Below, piece after piece: positions 1 to 9,648 of a DNA stretch of 64,000 nucleotides. How positions within the stretch are numbered: position 1 is the stretch's first letter; each line of letters opens with the position of its first letter. The DNA is taken from NCBI GenBank assembly GCA_965206595.1, contig OZ242214.1, positions 1,024,001 to 1,088,000 of the forward strand, written 5' to 3'. The translations under genes were made by a program, and so were the position numbers. Origin of the DNA: Candidatus Latescibacterota bacterium. GTDB taxonomy: Bacteria; Latescibacterota; UBA2968; UBA8231. The notes beneath the pieces are model-generated. The model made no database searches and had not been told where the DNA came from. It saw nothing but the letters and a program-made list of their open reading frames with translations.

Positions 1-473
1 CCATCGAGTCGATGGACAATGGCATCACCATGCTCGTCCGTTTCGAACTGAAACGTCCTGTTTCCGTGCCCATGAGACTGCATCTGCTCGGAATAAAAAC
101 CCTGAACCAGGGCAATGGTTCGCTTAATTGAATCGACCACCGCTTCCCGGTACGGGCGGTCATTCGGCAGAAAGTAGATCATCCCGACGGTTCGGGGTTC
201 ACCGACGTTGAGATCCGCAAGCCGCTTTCCTGCCGGGCGGGGGTTTTGTCGCTCCCACTGCTCGAAGTCGAACGGCAGACAGCGCAGCGTGTCCGGGGGC
301 GGAGTTGAAGCGTGGAGATGCGGTGGTTGCCAGAAAATCAGGCCGATGAGGGTCAGAAATACCGGGTGAATGGAACAAGCAGCAAGCTTTTTCATTTTTT
401 ATTTCCTCAGGCCCAATGATCCGATAGATGGGTCGACACAACCCAGAAAGGGTGAGAAGTCGGGTCCATACTT

Positions 474-907
474 TTGGCCGAAGAGAATCGTCAACGCCGA
501 CGAGACCGACTGGTGATCCTGTGGGATCGAAAGAACGGCAGGGAAGCGGTCAAGTTTCTACTGACCAATCGCGTGCACTGGGAGATCAATCGATCGCAAA
601 CGCTGGACGGGCACCGAGACCTTCATCGGGAATGCAAGCACTATCTGGGCATTGGAGACTGTCAGTTTCGCAGCGGCGAGGGCCAGCCCCGGCATATGTG
701 TACCTCGTGATGCTGGCGCACAGTCTGTTCATGGCGCAGATGCGGCAGGGCCGTGCGCGTGACTGGGCTCATACCGTGCTGACGCCCATCGGCGAAGCCT
801 GTCGAGCCGTGTCGCGAGAAACGCTCAGTAAGACCATCTCCTGGGTAGTGAACCAAACCACAATAGGGTGGACAGAGCAGCGAATTGTCGCACATCCCAA
901 ACTTTAG
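474..907 (+). pseudogene. DDE transposase C-terminal remnant (IS701/IS4-like), frameshifted
   Basis: Overlapping ORFs 474..710 (RLVILWDRKNGREAVKFLLTNRVHWE...LHRECKHYLGIGDCQFRSGEGQ) and 428..907 (YLVMLAHSLFMAQMRQ...IGEACRAV) join into a transposase-like C-terminus; no N-terminal part; AT-richer flanks. Confidence 0.6.
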
Positions 908-1056
908 TAAAAAAGCGGAGTTTTCAAAAGTCCGATCAAAGAGAAAGTGGTGGAAATCGTTTCCATCAATGTTCCTAACGCCAAGTAAGTTCTGGTTCAA
1001 ATTAAATCGGATTCGGGGCACCAATTATCGAAATCGTCTGACCTCCAAGAAGCTAT

Positions 1057-2133
1057 TTAGCCCTCCGGCAGCACCTCGCGAAGTACGCGCAGGTAGTTGC
1101 CCCCCATGATCTTCGCGGTGTCCTCCTCGGAAAAGCCGTCCTCGAGCAGCGCCTCGGTTATCCAGGGAATGATCGCGGTATTGAAGTGCGTGCCGATGCC
1201 GACGCCATCCGCCCCCATCAGGTCGACGGCGTAGCGGATCAGCTTCAGGGTCGCCTCCATCTCCTCGTCGTCGACCCACTTGTACGGGGCGTCCTCCTCC
1301 GGGCGCCCGATGGACGGCGTGATGCCGAGCATGCCGCCGTTGGCCGCCAGGGCCTTCATGACCTCGTCGGGAGTGCTGCGCGGGCTCGGGTCCTCCTCGA
1401 GGGCGCGCGGGCCGGAGTGGGTGTCGATCACCGGTTTCTCCGACACCTCGATGGCGTCGAGGGCGCAGGGGTCGTTGGTGTGGGCCAGGTCGATGAGGAT
1501 GCCGCAGCGGTTCATCTCCTCGATCATGCGCACCCCGAGGGCGGTCATGCGCCCCCCGGACCGCAGCTCGTCGGAGACGTCCCAGCCCAGCTCGCGGGTC
1601 GCCTGACCGATGGTGATCATGCGCAGCCCGAGGCGGGCGAACTGGCGCAGCGCCCCCGGGCTGTCGCCGAACCAGTCGCTGCGGTTGGCCCCCATGAGCA
1701 CGGCGATGCGCTCGGGGTCGGCCAGGGCGCGGTCGAGGTCGGCGGCGGTGCGCACCAGGATCACCTTGTCCGGGTTCTCCTCGACGTTGCACAGGAAGCG
1801 GTCGAGCACCGTCAGGCAGAGCAGGGTCGGGCTGTTGATGGCCATGCTGAGGTACATCGGCTCGCTGTCCGGGCGGCCCGGGCGGTAGGTGGGATCCTGG
1901 GGCCAGGCGGCGTCGAAGTTCATCTCGGGCACTGCGGCCCCTCCCTTGCACATCACCACTTTCAGGCCCCAGTCCCTGAACTTGGGGAAGTCGCCGCGGC
2001 GGGAGGTCTCGTCCCTCTTGCCGAGGTCGATGTCGGAGACGGTGAAGCGCGGATGGCCGAGGTTGAGGGCGAGCAGGTCGGCGATCGGGTGGTCGCGGTG
2101 AAAGCGGCGGGTGCGCTCCGAGATCGAGTTCAT
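1057..2133 (-). CDS. Membrane dipeptidase (peptidase M19 family)
   Basis: Motifs GMT.LG..MIEEMNRCGILIDLAH, PVIDTHSG, LAANGGMLGI, MGADGVGIGT, KIMGGNYLRV. Confidence 0.85.
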   Translation of the reverse strand: MNSISERTRRFHRDHPIADLLALNLGHPRFTVSDIDLGKRDETSRRGDFPKFRDWGLKVVMCKGGAAVPEMNFDAAWPQDPTYRPGRPDSEPMYLSMAINSPTLLCLTVLDRFLCNVEENPDKVILVRTAADLDRALADPERIAVLMGANRSDWFGDSPGALRQFARLGLRMITIGQATRELGWDVSDELRSGGRMTALGVRMIEEMNRCGILIDLAHTNDPCALDAIEVSEKPVIDTHSGPRALEEDPSPRSTPDEVMKALAANGGMLGITPSIGRPEEDAPYKWVDDEEMEATLKLIRYAVDLMGADGVGIGTHFNTAIIPWITEALLEDGFSEEDTAKIMGGNYLRVLREVLPEG

Positions 2134-3035
2134 CGCTTTTCCGGGAACAGCGAGGTGTCAACCGGCATGAGCCGGAAGTCGGATAAGAATTCACCCATGC
2201 AGTACATCTGGACGTCGCCGGTCATGCTCCAGAAGGCGTCGGAGGTGGTGTTGCTGGTGTCGGCGTCGATGAAGGACCAGGCGAGGCCGATGACGGCGTC
2301 CTCCTGCAGGTCGTGGAGAACGCTCTGCTCCGGCCCGTCCGGGTGCAGGTCGTCGAACGGGGTGAGGTAGCACTCGTAGGTGACGGTGCCGGCGGAGCCG
2401 TGCTCCCCGGGAAAGCTCCAGCCGACCGCGGACCAGGCCTCGTCCTTCGTCCACAGGGGCTTGCCCCAGTACCAGTGCCAGTAGTAGCCGTTCAGCGGCG
2501 GCATGTAGAGGTGGTAGTTCTGCGTGAAGGCGCTGCGGTAGCGCAGCTCCCGCTCGTCGTTTTCCGAGAAGCCGACGACGCGCTCGGCGCCGTGGTCGGC
2601 GTCGATGACGATCTCGAAGATGTCGGCCCCGTGGACGTTGGAACCGGTCAGCCGCGACAACGGGAGGTCGAGCGAGTCGGGGTTCTCCTTGTGAAAGCGG
2701 ACCACGTCGTCGTACACCTCGGCCATGAAGTAGAGGCGGTTGAGCTCGTCGTTCCAGGCCGCGGCGGCGCGCACGATGTTGAGATCGGCCGGGTTGTGCT
2801 CGAGGCTGGTCTGCTCCTTGTGCTGGGTGTATTTCTCCAGGTCGAAGATGTACTGGGCAGGCAGCAGGTCCCAGTCGCTGAGGTCCCCGTCCATCACGGG
2901 AACCCGGTCCCGGGGGAACTGGAAGAGCGGGTGCTCGGTGTCTTCGGGGAAGTGGGCGGCGGCCTGTGAGGCGAACAGGGCTGCGGCGGCAAGCAGGGGC
3001 AGGCGCCGGATGCCGGCGCGGACGCGAGGGTTCAT
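2130..3035 (-). CDS. Secreted hypothetical protein, CBM9/DOMON-like
   Basis: N-terminal signal peptide (LLAAAALFASQAAA-H); P.MDGDLSDW motif and AWNDELNRLYF..EVYDD; 4-bp overlaps with neighbouring genes. Confidence 0.65.
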   Translation of the reverse strand: MNPRVRAGIRRLPLLAAAALFASQAAAHFPEDTEHPLFQFPRDRVPVMDGDLSDWDLLPAQYIFDLEKYTQHKEQTSLEHNPADLNIVRAAAAWNDELNRLYFMAEVYDDVVRFHKENPDSLDLPLSRLTGSNVHGADIFEIVIDADHGAERVVGFSENDERELRYRSAFTQNYHLYMPPLNGYYWHWYWGKPLWTKDEAWSAVGWSFPGEHGSAGTVTYECYLTPFDDLHPDGPEQSVLHDLQEDAVIGLAWSFIDADTSNTTSDAFWSMTGDVQMYCMGEFLSDFRLMPVDTSLFPEKR

Positions 3036-3637
3036 GGGGTTTCTCCGAGGTTAATCCGCGGCAGGGCCGCCCGCACCGCGGCGGCGACGGCGCGCCCGAG
3101 AACCTCGTCCCCGGCCGCGGTGAAATGGACGCCATCTTCGGCCAGCAGCTCCGCGGCGCCGCCCTCGACCACGGCGGCGTGCAGGTCGTTGACGGCGACC
3201 CCGAGCCCGGCGGCGACCTGGGCGGCCGCGGCGTTGTAGGCGGCGACGTCCTCGGGAGTTCTGTTGACCCCCTTGGCGGTCGCGAGCTGGCGCCCGAGGT
3301 CGACGGGGGTGGTGAGCCCCAGGATGAGGGCTGCACTGGTTTCCCGCTGCAGGGTCTGCAGGATCCGCTCCAGGTTGGCGCGGTACTCGTCGAGGGGCAC
3401 GCGGTTCTCGGGCCCAGGTCCCGGGTCCCGGGCCATGTCGTGGAGGCCGGCGTTGAGGTGGACGATATCCGGGTCGCGCGAGATCACCCACTCGTCGAGA
3501 TGGGCGAGAATGTTGCGGGTGTTGCCGCCCTGGACACCCCCCATTTCTATCACCTCCGCCCATCCTGCCAGCTCGCGGACGGCCACAGGTTCGTACCCCT
3601 TGCGAATCGAGTCGCCGACAAGGATCACTGTTTTCAC
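3032..3637 (-). CDS. SGNH/GDSL hydrolase
   Basis: GTG start; blocks VGDSI, GGNT, LNAGLHD, DGVHFT. Confidence 0.85.
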   Translation of the reverse strand: MKTVILVGDSIRKGYEPVAVRELAGWAEVIEMGGVQGGNTRNILAHLDEWVISRDPDIVHLNAGLHDMARDPGPGPENRVPLDEYRANLERILQTLQRETSAALILGLTTPVDLGRQLATAKGVNRTPEDVAAYNAAAAQVAAGLGVAVNDLHAAVVEGGAAELLAEDGVHFTAAGDEVLGRAVAAAVRAALPRINLGETP

Positions 3638-4542
3638 GTGAGCGTATTCTCCTCTCTGTTGCTGATATCCTGTTCGAGTTCGGGATGGCTGGGGCGGCTG
3701 TCTCTCAGGCCGGGCCCGGGGATGCGGTTCCACTCAATCGGTTCGGCGCCGCCGCCGTACTCCGGCAGGAGGTGGGCGATGCGGGCGCGCGCAGCGGCCG
3801 GCCATGCATCGATTTTCCTCTCCGTTACGATGTGGGTCCGGATGGACTCGGGCAGCGCATCGAAGGCCGGGAAGTACCACAGGGTGATGACGGTGCGGCG
3901 TTGCGCGGAATCGTTGGCGTGCGCCGAGTGCAGCAGCCGCGAGTCCCCGATGACGAGGTCGCCGGCCCGCACCGGCACGTCCACGGCCTCGTCCACTGTC
4001 TGGTACACCAGGCTGCGGGGATCTTCCATTTCCCGCAGCGCGTCCGTGTGGGCGTCGGGGACCGCGTCGTGCAGGCGGTGGCGGATGAGGTGCGATCCGG
4101 GAATCAGGCGCAGGCAGCCGTTTCCGGGGGCGGTGTCGACCGTGTAGTACATCAGGAAGACCTGCTGCGGCACCGGGTCGCCGTAGCTGACCGGGTGGTT
4201 CCAGCCCCACCAGTCCTGGTGCCAGAACAGCGGCGGGCTCTGCGGCGGCTTGCTGATGACGAACCCCGACCACCACTTCGGGTGCGGGAAGCCGAGGCTG
4301 CCGAGGGCGGCGATGGCGGCCGGGCAGCGCACCAGCTCGGCGAAGGCCGGGTCGTCGAACACGGAGATCATGCTGCCGGTCGACTTCTGCTGCTCGAAAT
4401 GCTCCGGCGGCTGCCCGTCGAGAAGGGCGTCGGAGATCTTCCGGGTCTGCTTCAGCAGGTCGCAGTCGAGGATTCCCTCGAACAGGCAGAACCCGTCCCG
4501 CAGCAGCTGCCGGCGTTTGTCGGTGGCGGTAGCGGTCGTCAT
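3634..4542 (-). CDS. Phytanoyl-CoA dioxygenase (PhyH) family 2OG-Fe(II) oxygenase
   Basis: WHQD, NGCLRLIPGSH, AGDLVIGDSRLLHSAHAN...RR; start set at MTTATAT. Confidence 0.85.
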   Translation of the reverse strand: MTTATATDKRRQLLRDGFCLFEGILDCDLLKQTRKISDALLDGQPPEHFEQQKSTGSMISVFDDPAFAELVRCPAAIAALGSLGFPHPKWWSGFVISKPPQSPPLFWHQDWWGWNHPVSYGDPVPQQVFLMYYTVDTAPGNGCLRLIPGSHLIRHRLHDAVPDAHTDALREMEDPRSLVYQTVDEAVDVPVRAGDLVIGDSRLLHSAHANDSAQRRTVITLWYFPAFDALPESIRTHIVTERKIDAWPAAARARIAHLLPEYGGGAEPIEWNRIPGPGLRDSRPSHPELEQDISNREENTLT

Positions 4543-4628
4543 ATTGGTGGCTCCGAGAGCGGGAAAATAGTCCAAAGGCGGACGGCAACAACCAGAACCG
4601 GGGCAACCCCAAACCAGGCAGGCGAGAG

Positions 4629-5735
4629 ATGAGCAGACAGTACAGGGCGGCCGTGATCGGCCTCGGCCGCATGGGCAGCACCTTCGACGACGAGATGACG
4701 CGCGGCGGTTCGATCTATCTCCCGTACTGCCACACCCCGGCCTTCGTCGCCTCGCCGCGTACCGAACTGGTGGGCGGCGCCGATCCCCACGAGGGGCAGC
4801 GCTCGATCTACGCGGAGCGCTGGGGCATGCAGGGGCACGTGTACGCCGACTACCGGGAGCTGCTCGCAAAGGAGCAGCCGGAGATCGTCAGCGTCTGCAC
4901 CACCGCCCGTGTGCGGGCGCAAATAGTCGAGGAAGTGGCCGCCTCGGGGGCCCGGGCGATCTGGGCGGAGAAGCCGATCGCCCTGACCCTGGAGGAGGCG
5001 GACCGCATGGTCGAGGTCTGCGCCGGCAACGGGGTCGCCCTCGCCGTCAACTGCGCCCGCCGCTGGAACCCCCACTACACCAGCGCCCGCGAACTGATCG
5101 CCGCCGGCGAGATCGGCGAGCTCCTGCAGGTGACGGCGTACGCCCAGTGCGGGCTGTCGCACAACGGCAGCCACGCCATCGACGCGATGCGCTACCTCGC
5201 CCTCGACGGCAACGTCAGCTGGCTGTTCGGGGAGCTCGAGTCGGACGCCGCGGCCGCGGGGGAGGAGGATCCCCAGGGGAACGGCTACTTCGTTTTCGAC
5301 AACGGCGCCCGCGGCTTTCTGCGGGCGATGCCGACCGGGGCGGCGACGGCATGGGAGTTCGACGTGCTGGGAACCGAGGGGCGGGTGCGCCTGCTGGAGC
5401 AGTCCCTGCAGTTCGAGCTGTGGAAGTCGGTGCCGGGAGGTCCGCGGGGCCGCCCTCAGCCGGCGCGGCTGCCGTTTCCCTACCCGACCCGCATTCAGGG
5501 GATGGGGCTGACCATCGTCGACGACATCCTCACCGCGGCCGAGAGCGGGGGCAAGCCGCGCTGCTCCGGCGCCGACGCCCGCCACGCCCTGGAGATCGCC
5601 GTGGCCCTGCGCGAGTCCCACCGCCGCGGCTTCACCCGCGTCGACCTGCCCCTCCCCGACCGCTCGCTCGGGATCCTTTCCGCGGAAATCGGACAGGACC
5701 AAAGCCCGGCGCGGGTGCGCCGGCTGCAGGGATAG
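4629..5735 (+). CDS. Gfo/Idh/MocA family oxidoreductase
   Basis: Rossmann motif IGLGRMG; EKPIA; NGSHAID. Confidence 0.88.
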   Translation: MSRQYRAAVIGLGRMGSTFDDEMTRGGSIYLPYCHTPAFVASPRTELVGGADPHEGQRSIYAERWGMQGHVYADYRELLAKEQPEIVSVCTTARVRAQIVEEVAASGARAIWAEKPIALTLEEADRMVEVCAGNGVALAVNCARRWNPHYTSARELIAAGEIGELLQVTAYAQCGLSHNGSHAIDAMRYLALDGNVSWLFGELESDAAAAGEEDPQGNGYFVFDNGARGFLRAMPTGAATAWEFDVLGTEGRVRLLEQSLQFELWKSVPGGPRGRPQPARLPFPYPTRIQGMGLTIVDDILTAAESGGKPRCSGADARHALEIAVALRESHRRGFTRVDLPLPDRSLGILSAEIGQDQSPARVRRLQG

Positions 5736-5785
5736 CCCGGAGCCCCACCGCCCCGAACCGCTGCCGCGGCGAGGGCAGGGTCCCG

Positions 5786-6232
5786 TCAGTCCGAGATTCC
5801 GAGCAGCTCGATCTCGAAGATCAGCACCGAGCAGGGAGGGATCTTGCCGGGCTTGCCCTTCTTCTTGTAAGCGAGATCCGGGGGGATGGTGAGCTTGGCC
5901 TTGCCTCCACCGCTGAGCATCTGCAGGCCTTCCACCCACCCGGGAATCACGCCGGACAGCTTGAACTCCGCGGGGCGGCCCTGCTTTTGGGAGCTGTCGA
6001 ACACGGTGCCGTCCGGCAGGCGGCCCTCGTAGAAAACCCTTACGCGATGGCGCGGTTGCGGCTTGGGGCCGAGGCCGGCCTTGAGCTGCCGGAACACGAG
6101 CCCGGACTCGGTGCGCACCGCCCCTTTCTCGGCGGCCGCGTCGGCGAGGACCTTCTCGTTCTCCGGGGTGGCGCAGGGGTCGGCGCAGCCGCCGGCCAGG
6201 GCCAGCAGCGGCAGCAAGAGGATCAGCGGCAT
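5786..6232 (-). CDS. FKBP-type peptidyl-prolyl isomerase, probable lipoprotein
   Basis: YEGRLPDGTVFDSS, VIPGWVEGL, IPPDLAY, LIFEIELL; lipobox-like AGGC. Confidence 0.92.
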   Translation of the reverse strand: MPLILLLPLLALAGGCADPCATPENEKVLADAAAEKGAVRTESGLVFRQLKAGLGPKPQPRHRVRVFYEGRLPDGTVFDSSQKQGRPAEFKLSGVIPGWVEGLQMLSGGGKAKLTIPPDLAYKKKGKPGKIPPCSVLIFEIELLGISD

Positions 6233-6280
6233 GACGGGTCCTCCTGTCGGGAAGTGGGAGGCGGTGTACGGCGGCGGTCT

Positions 6281-7264
6281 TCAGCCGCGGCCGTACACCG
6301 CCTGGATCATGGCGCGCATGAAGCCGGTGGCCAGGGCGTGGCCTTCGCGGCCCCCGCGGTCGCCGGGGATGGCGGGAGTGTGGTCCATCATGAAGGGGCC
6401 TTCGAAACCGGCCTCCCTGTAGGTCTGCATGGCGCGGTACATGTCGACGTCCCCCTCGTCGATGAAGACCTCCTCGAAATGGCGGCGCGAGCCGCGCACG
6501 TTGCGGAAATGGACGTAGGCGATCTTGCCGAGGGCCCCGATGCGGCGGATCGAGGCGAGCACGTCGACCCCCATCTCGGTGACGCAGCCCTGGCAGAAGA
6601 GCATGGCGTTGCTGTCGCTCGGCGCCAGCGCGAAGATGCGCTCGTACTGCTCCAGGGTGGAGACGATGCGGGCGGCTCCCCCCATCGGCTCGGGAATCGG
6701 AGGGTCGTCCGGGTGCAAGGCCATGCGCACCCCGCACTCCTCGGCGACCGGGAGGATGCGCTCGAGGAACCAGGCGATGTTCTCCCACATGCCCGCTTCA
6801 TCGATCTGCTTGCCGCGAGAGCGCGGTTCCCACGCCGGCTCGGTCCGCTGCCACTCCTCGTAGTCGAAGGTGCTGTAGTGGGCGCCGCCGCGGCCGACGG
6901 CCGAGGTGGTGCGGAAGTTGCCGATCGGCTTGAAGTTGTAGCCCAGGGTACGGACGCCGGCCGCGGCCATCGCCCGCAGGGCGTCCTTCCACTGCTCGAT
7001 CTTGGCGTCGCGGCCGGGGCGGGCAAGGGTGATGTCGTCGGCCCCCTCGAGGGCGACGTTCATCAGCTTCAGGCCGTGTTTCTCCGCGAGCTCGCGCGCC
7101 GACTTGAGGAAGCCGGCCATCTCGTCGAAAGTCGACAGCTCCCCCTTGTCGTCGGCGGCGAAGTGGAGCGGGTTGATCGTCAGGTAGTCGACGCCGATCG
7201 CCTTGAAGAAGGCGAGATTGTCGTCGTTCAGGCTCCCGTGTCCGAGCTGTTCCTGGATGAACAT
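6281..7264 (-). CDS. Mannonate dehydratase (UxuA) family protein
   Basis: YNF, FLERILPVAEECGVRMALHPDDPP, FCQG, HFRNVRG, DEGDVDM, DHTP. Confidence 0.85.
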   Translation of the reverse strand: MFIQEQLGHGSLNDDNLAFFKAIGVDYLTINPLHFAADDKGELSTFDEMAGFLKSARELAEKHGLKLMNVALEGADDITLARPGRDAKIEQWKDALRAMAAAGVRTLGYNFKPIGNFRTTSAVGRGGAHYSTFDYEEWQRTEPAWEPRSRGKQIDEAGMWENIAWFLERILPVAEECGVRMALHPDDPPIPEPMGGAARIVSTLEQYERIFALAPSDSNAMLFCQGCVTEMGVDVLASIRRIGALGKIAYVHFRNVRGSRRHFEEVFIDEGDVDMYRAMQTYREAGFEGPFMMDHTPAIPGDRGGREGHALATGFMRAMIQAVYGRG

Positions 7265-7266
7265 GA

Positions 7267-8220
7267 CTATTTCTCCATGGCGGCGAGAAGCGCCTGCACG
7301 TACCCGACCGCGTGCGCCCAGGCGATCCTGCGGTGCCGGTCGTCGCCGTCGAAGCTCGGCATGTGGTCGAGCTGGAGGCCGCCGTCGAAGCCGACCTCCC
7401 GCAGGGTGTGCAGCACCGACAGCAGGTCCATGTCGCCGTCGTCGATCGCCACTTCCTGGTAGCCGCCGTGGGTGGGGATCTGGCCGCGGACGTTGCGGAT
7501 GTGGGTGTGAAAGATCTGGCCCTTGCGCCCGTAGCGGCGGATGTCCTCGTGAATGTCGACCCCGGACTCGTAGCGCGTGCCGACGCAGTAGAGCAGGCCG
7601 TTATGCGAGCTGGGGACCAGATCCATCAGGTCGGTCCAGCGCTGCGGGGAGACGTAACAGTTGGAAAGCGGCGGATCCCCGGGGTGGGTGATCAGCCTGA
7701 CGTCGTGGTTCTCCGCGACCGGGACCAGGGCCCGCAGCATCTCGAGGGACCGCTGCCAGTGGTCCTCTATGGAAACCGGCGGGTCCCAGGGCTCGGCGGC
7801 GAAACTGGCGTTCATCCTGTCGGCGCTGAAACCGCCCATCCTGTAGCCGCCCCGGTGCTCGAACAGGGCGCCGCCGCGATGGCCCGGGTGGTCGAAGTGG
7901 AAGGGGGTCGACAGGAAGGGGATGCGGAGCCGGCCCATGATCTCGATGGTGCGGATCAGGTCGTCGATGTCCTTCTCGCCGCCGGGAAGGCCGAGCATGA
8001 AGTTGCAGGGCTCGTCGGGGGGCGCGAGTCGGTAGAGCCTCAGTCCGGCCCCTTCGATCCGCTCCTTGATCCGTTTCAGCTCATCGGCATCCGGGTAGCC
8101 CTGCTCGATCCAGCCGGGGACGCTCTCGGCGTTGTGGATGTCGATGCCGTCGGCCCCGATCTGGGCGGCGAAGCGCAGGAACTCGTCCGACAGATCGGAC
8201 TGGCGCAGAAGGATCTGCAC
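7267..8220 (-). CDS. Second UxuA-family protein (divergent)
   Basis: LVPVAENHDVRLITHPGDPP, HIRNVRG, DDGDMDL, DHMP; GTG start after an AAAGGATGAGG RBS. Confidence 0.8.
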   Translation of the reverse strand: MQILLRQSDLSDEFLRFAAQIGADGIDIHNAESVPGWIEQGYPDADELKRIKERIEGAGLRLYRLAPPDEPCNFMLGLPGGEKDIDDLIRTIEIMGRLRIPFLSTPFHFDHPGHRGGALFEHRGGYRMGGFSADRMNASFAAEPWDPPVSIEDHWQRSLEMLRALVPVAENHDVRLITHPGDPPLSNCYVSPQRWTDLMDLVPSSHNGLLYCVGTRYESGVDIHEDIRRYGRKGQIFHTHIRNVRGQIPTHGGYQEVAIDDGDMDLLSVLHTLREVGFDGGLQLDHMPSFDGDDRHRRIAWAHAVGYVQALLAAMEK

Positions 8221-8540
8221 GACCTCATCCTTTCTGGAGGTTTCCGGTGGCCAAAAGGGTAACTCAATGCAGCAGCAGCCGACACCCGCGCGCCGGCCGG
8301 GGCAGGACCCCCGCAGGGGTTCTTCCGGGCCCGGTATGTGATTCCGGTGACACCTGTGTCGACCAGGTGCCGCGGGAACCCCCGGGGCCGAATGGGGCCA
8401 CGGGTGCGTAACCTCCTGTAAAAAAAGATTTTGTCGACCGCTGCCGCAGAAGTATAACGGGGCGGCACCGGAATTGCCCTGTCGCAGTGAGCCGATTCGC
8501 AAGGAATCGGAACTCTTCACACCAAAAAGGAGACTGCGAC

Positions 8541-9329
8541 ATGAGCCATGCCCGAACCTTATCCATGTACACCAGCCTGCTCCTGGCCTTCCTGGTGGCA
8601 GCGGCCCCCTTCAGCACCCCGGTCGCCGCGGGGACCCCGGGGGAGGTGGTGTTCAGCGAGCTGATGTGGATGGGTAGCGAGTCCTCGAGCGCTGACGAGT
8701 GGATCGAGCTCTACAACCGCGGGTCCTCGGCGCGGGATCTCAGCGGTTGGACCATCACGCAGACGGGGAATGACGGCGAGGAGACGGTGATGCTCCAACT
8801 GAGCGAAGGCAGCATAGCTCCGGGGGAGGCGTTCCTGATCGCCAACTACAATGCCGCGCGCTCGCAGATCAGCGTCGAGCCGGATGTCGTGGCGACCGCG
8901 GTGGCGCTGCCCAACAGCAAGCTGCAGCTGCGCCTCTACGACGGCGACCCCGGGGCGGGCGGAAACCTGGTCGACTCCGCGGATGACGGCAGCGGCGCTC
9001 CCCTGGCAGGGGACAACAAGCAGAAGGCGGCGATGGTGCGGGTCGAGTTCGGCACTGACGGGTCGCTGGAACAGGCGTGGGCGACCGCGACCGAAGCGAG
9101 CGGCTGGGACGACGGCAGCGTCGAGCTGGGAACGCCCGGGAGCATCCCCGAGCGGCTGATGTCGATGTCGACGGGGGGAACAGGGGAGTCGGAGTCGACG
9201 GAAACAGGGACCGGGCCGGAGGGGGGGGAGTCCAGCGAGACCGGCGAGGCAACCCCCACTGCGGTCGAAGGGAGCAGCTGGGGCGTGGTCAAGTTTCGCA
9301 TTCAGCCGCTTGCGGCCGTGGGCGGCTAA
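8541..9329 (+). CDS. Secreted lamin-tail-domain (LTD) protein with C-terminal TAVExxSWGxxK motif
   Basis: RBS AAGGAG; signal peptide; VVFSELMW...DEWIELYN...DLSGWTI; GTPG; acidic Gly/Thr linker; TAVEGSSWGVVK. Confidence 0.8.
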   Translation: MSHARTLSMYTSLLLAFLVAAAPFSTPVAAGTPGEVVFSELMWMGSESSSADEWIELYNRGSSARDLSGWTITQTGNDGEETVMLQLSEGSIAPGEAFLIANYNAARSQISVEPDVVATAVALPNSKLQLRLYDGDPGAGGNLVDSADDGSGAPLAGDNKQKAAMVRVEFGTDGSLEQAWATATEASGWDDGSVELGTPGSIPERLMSMSTGGTGESESTETGTGPEGGESSETGEATPTAVEGSSWGVVKFRIQPLAAVGG

Positions 9330-9648
9330 CCATCGCCGCTGTCGGCAACGCCGCGGATGCCGGCCGGCAGAATCCCGTCCCATTCCAGGGGCGGGATTCG
9401 GAAAGAGGGTGGATTCCCCGGGGACCTGTGGGAGAGCCGTGCGCACGATCAGGACCAGGAGCCGTGGTGAAAGTCGCTTCGAGGCGCGCAAACCGGCGGC
9501 CAGAACCGGTCGCAGACCGAGCGGGCTGGTTCACCTGGCTCCTGGCGCCGGCACCGTTCAGCCGGCCACCTGACCGTATCCTTTCCTGCCCAAGGCCCTC
9601 AGCCGGTGTGGTGGGATGAAGCGAATCCGGGCCGCGTCTGTCCCTCAG

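Noticed and set aside
3-131. Possible 3' end of a gene entering from the left (IESMDNGITMLVRFELKRP...)
   Set aside because: Too short to support a call
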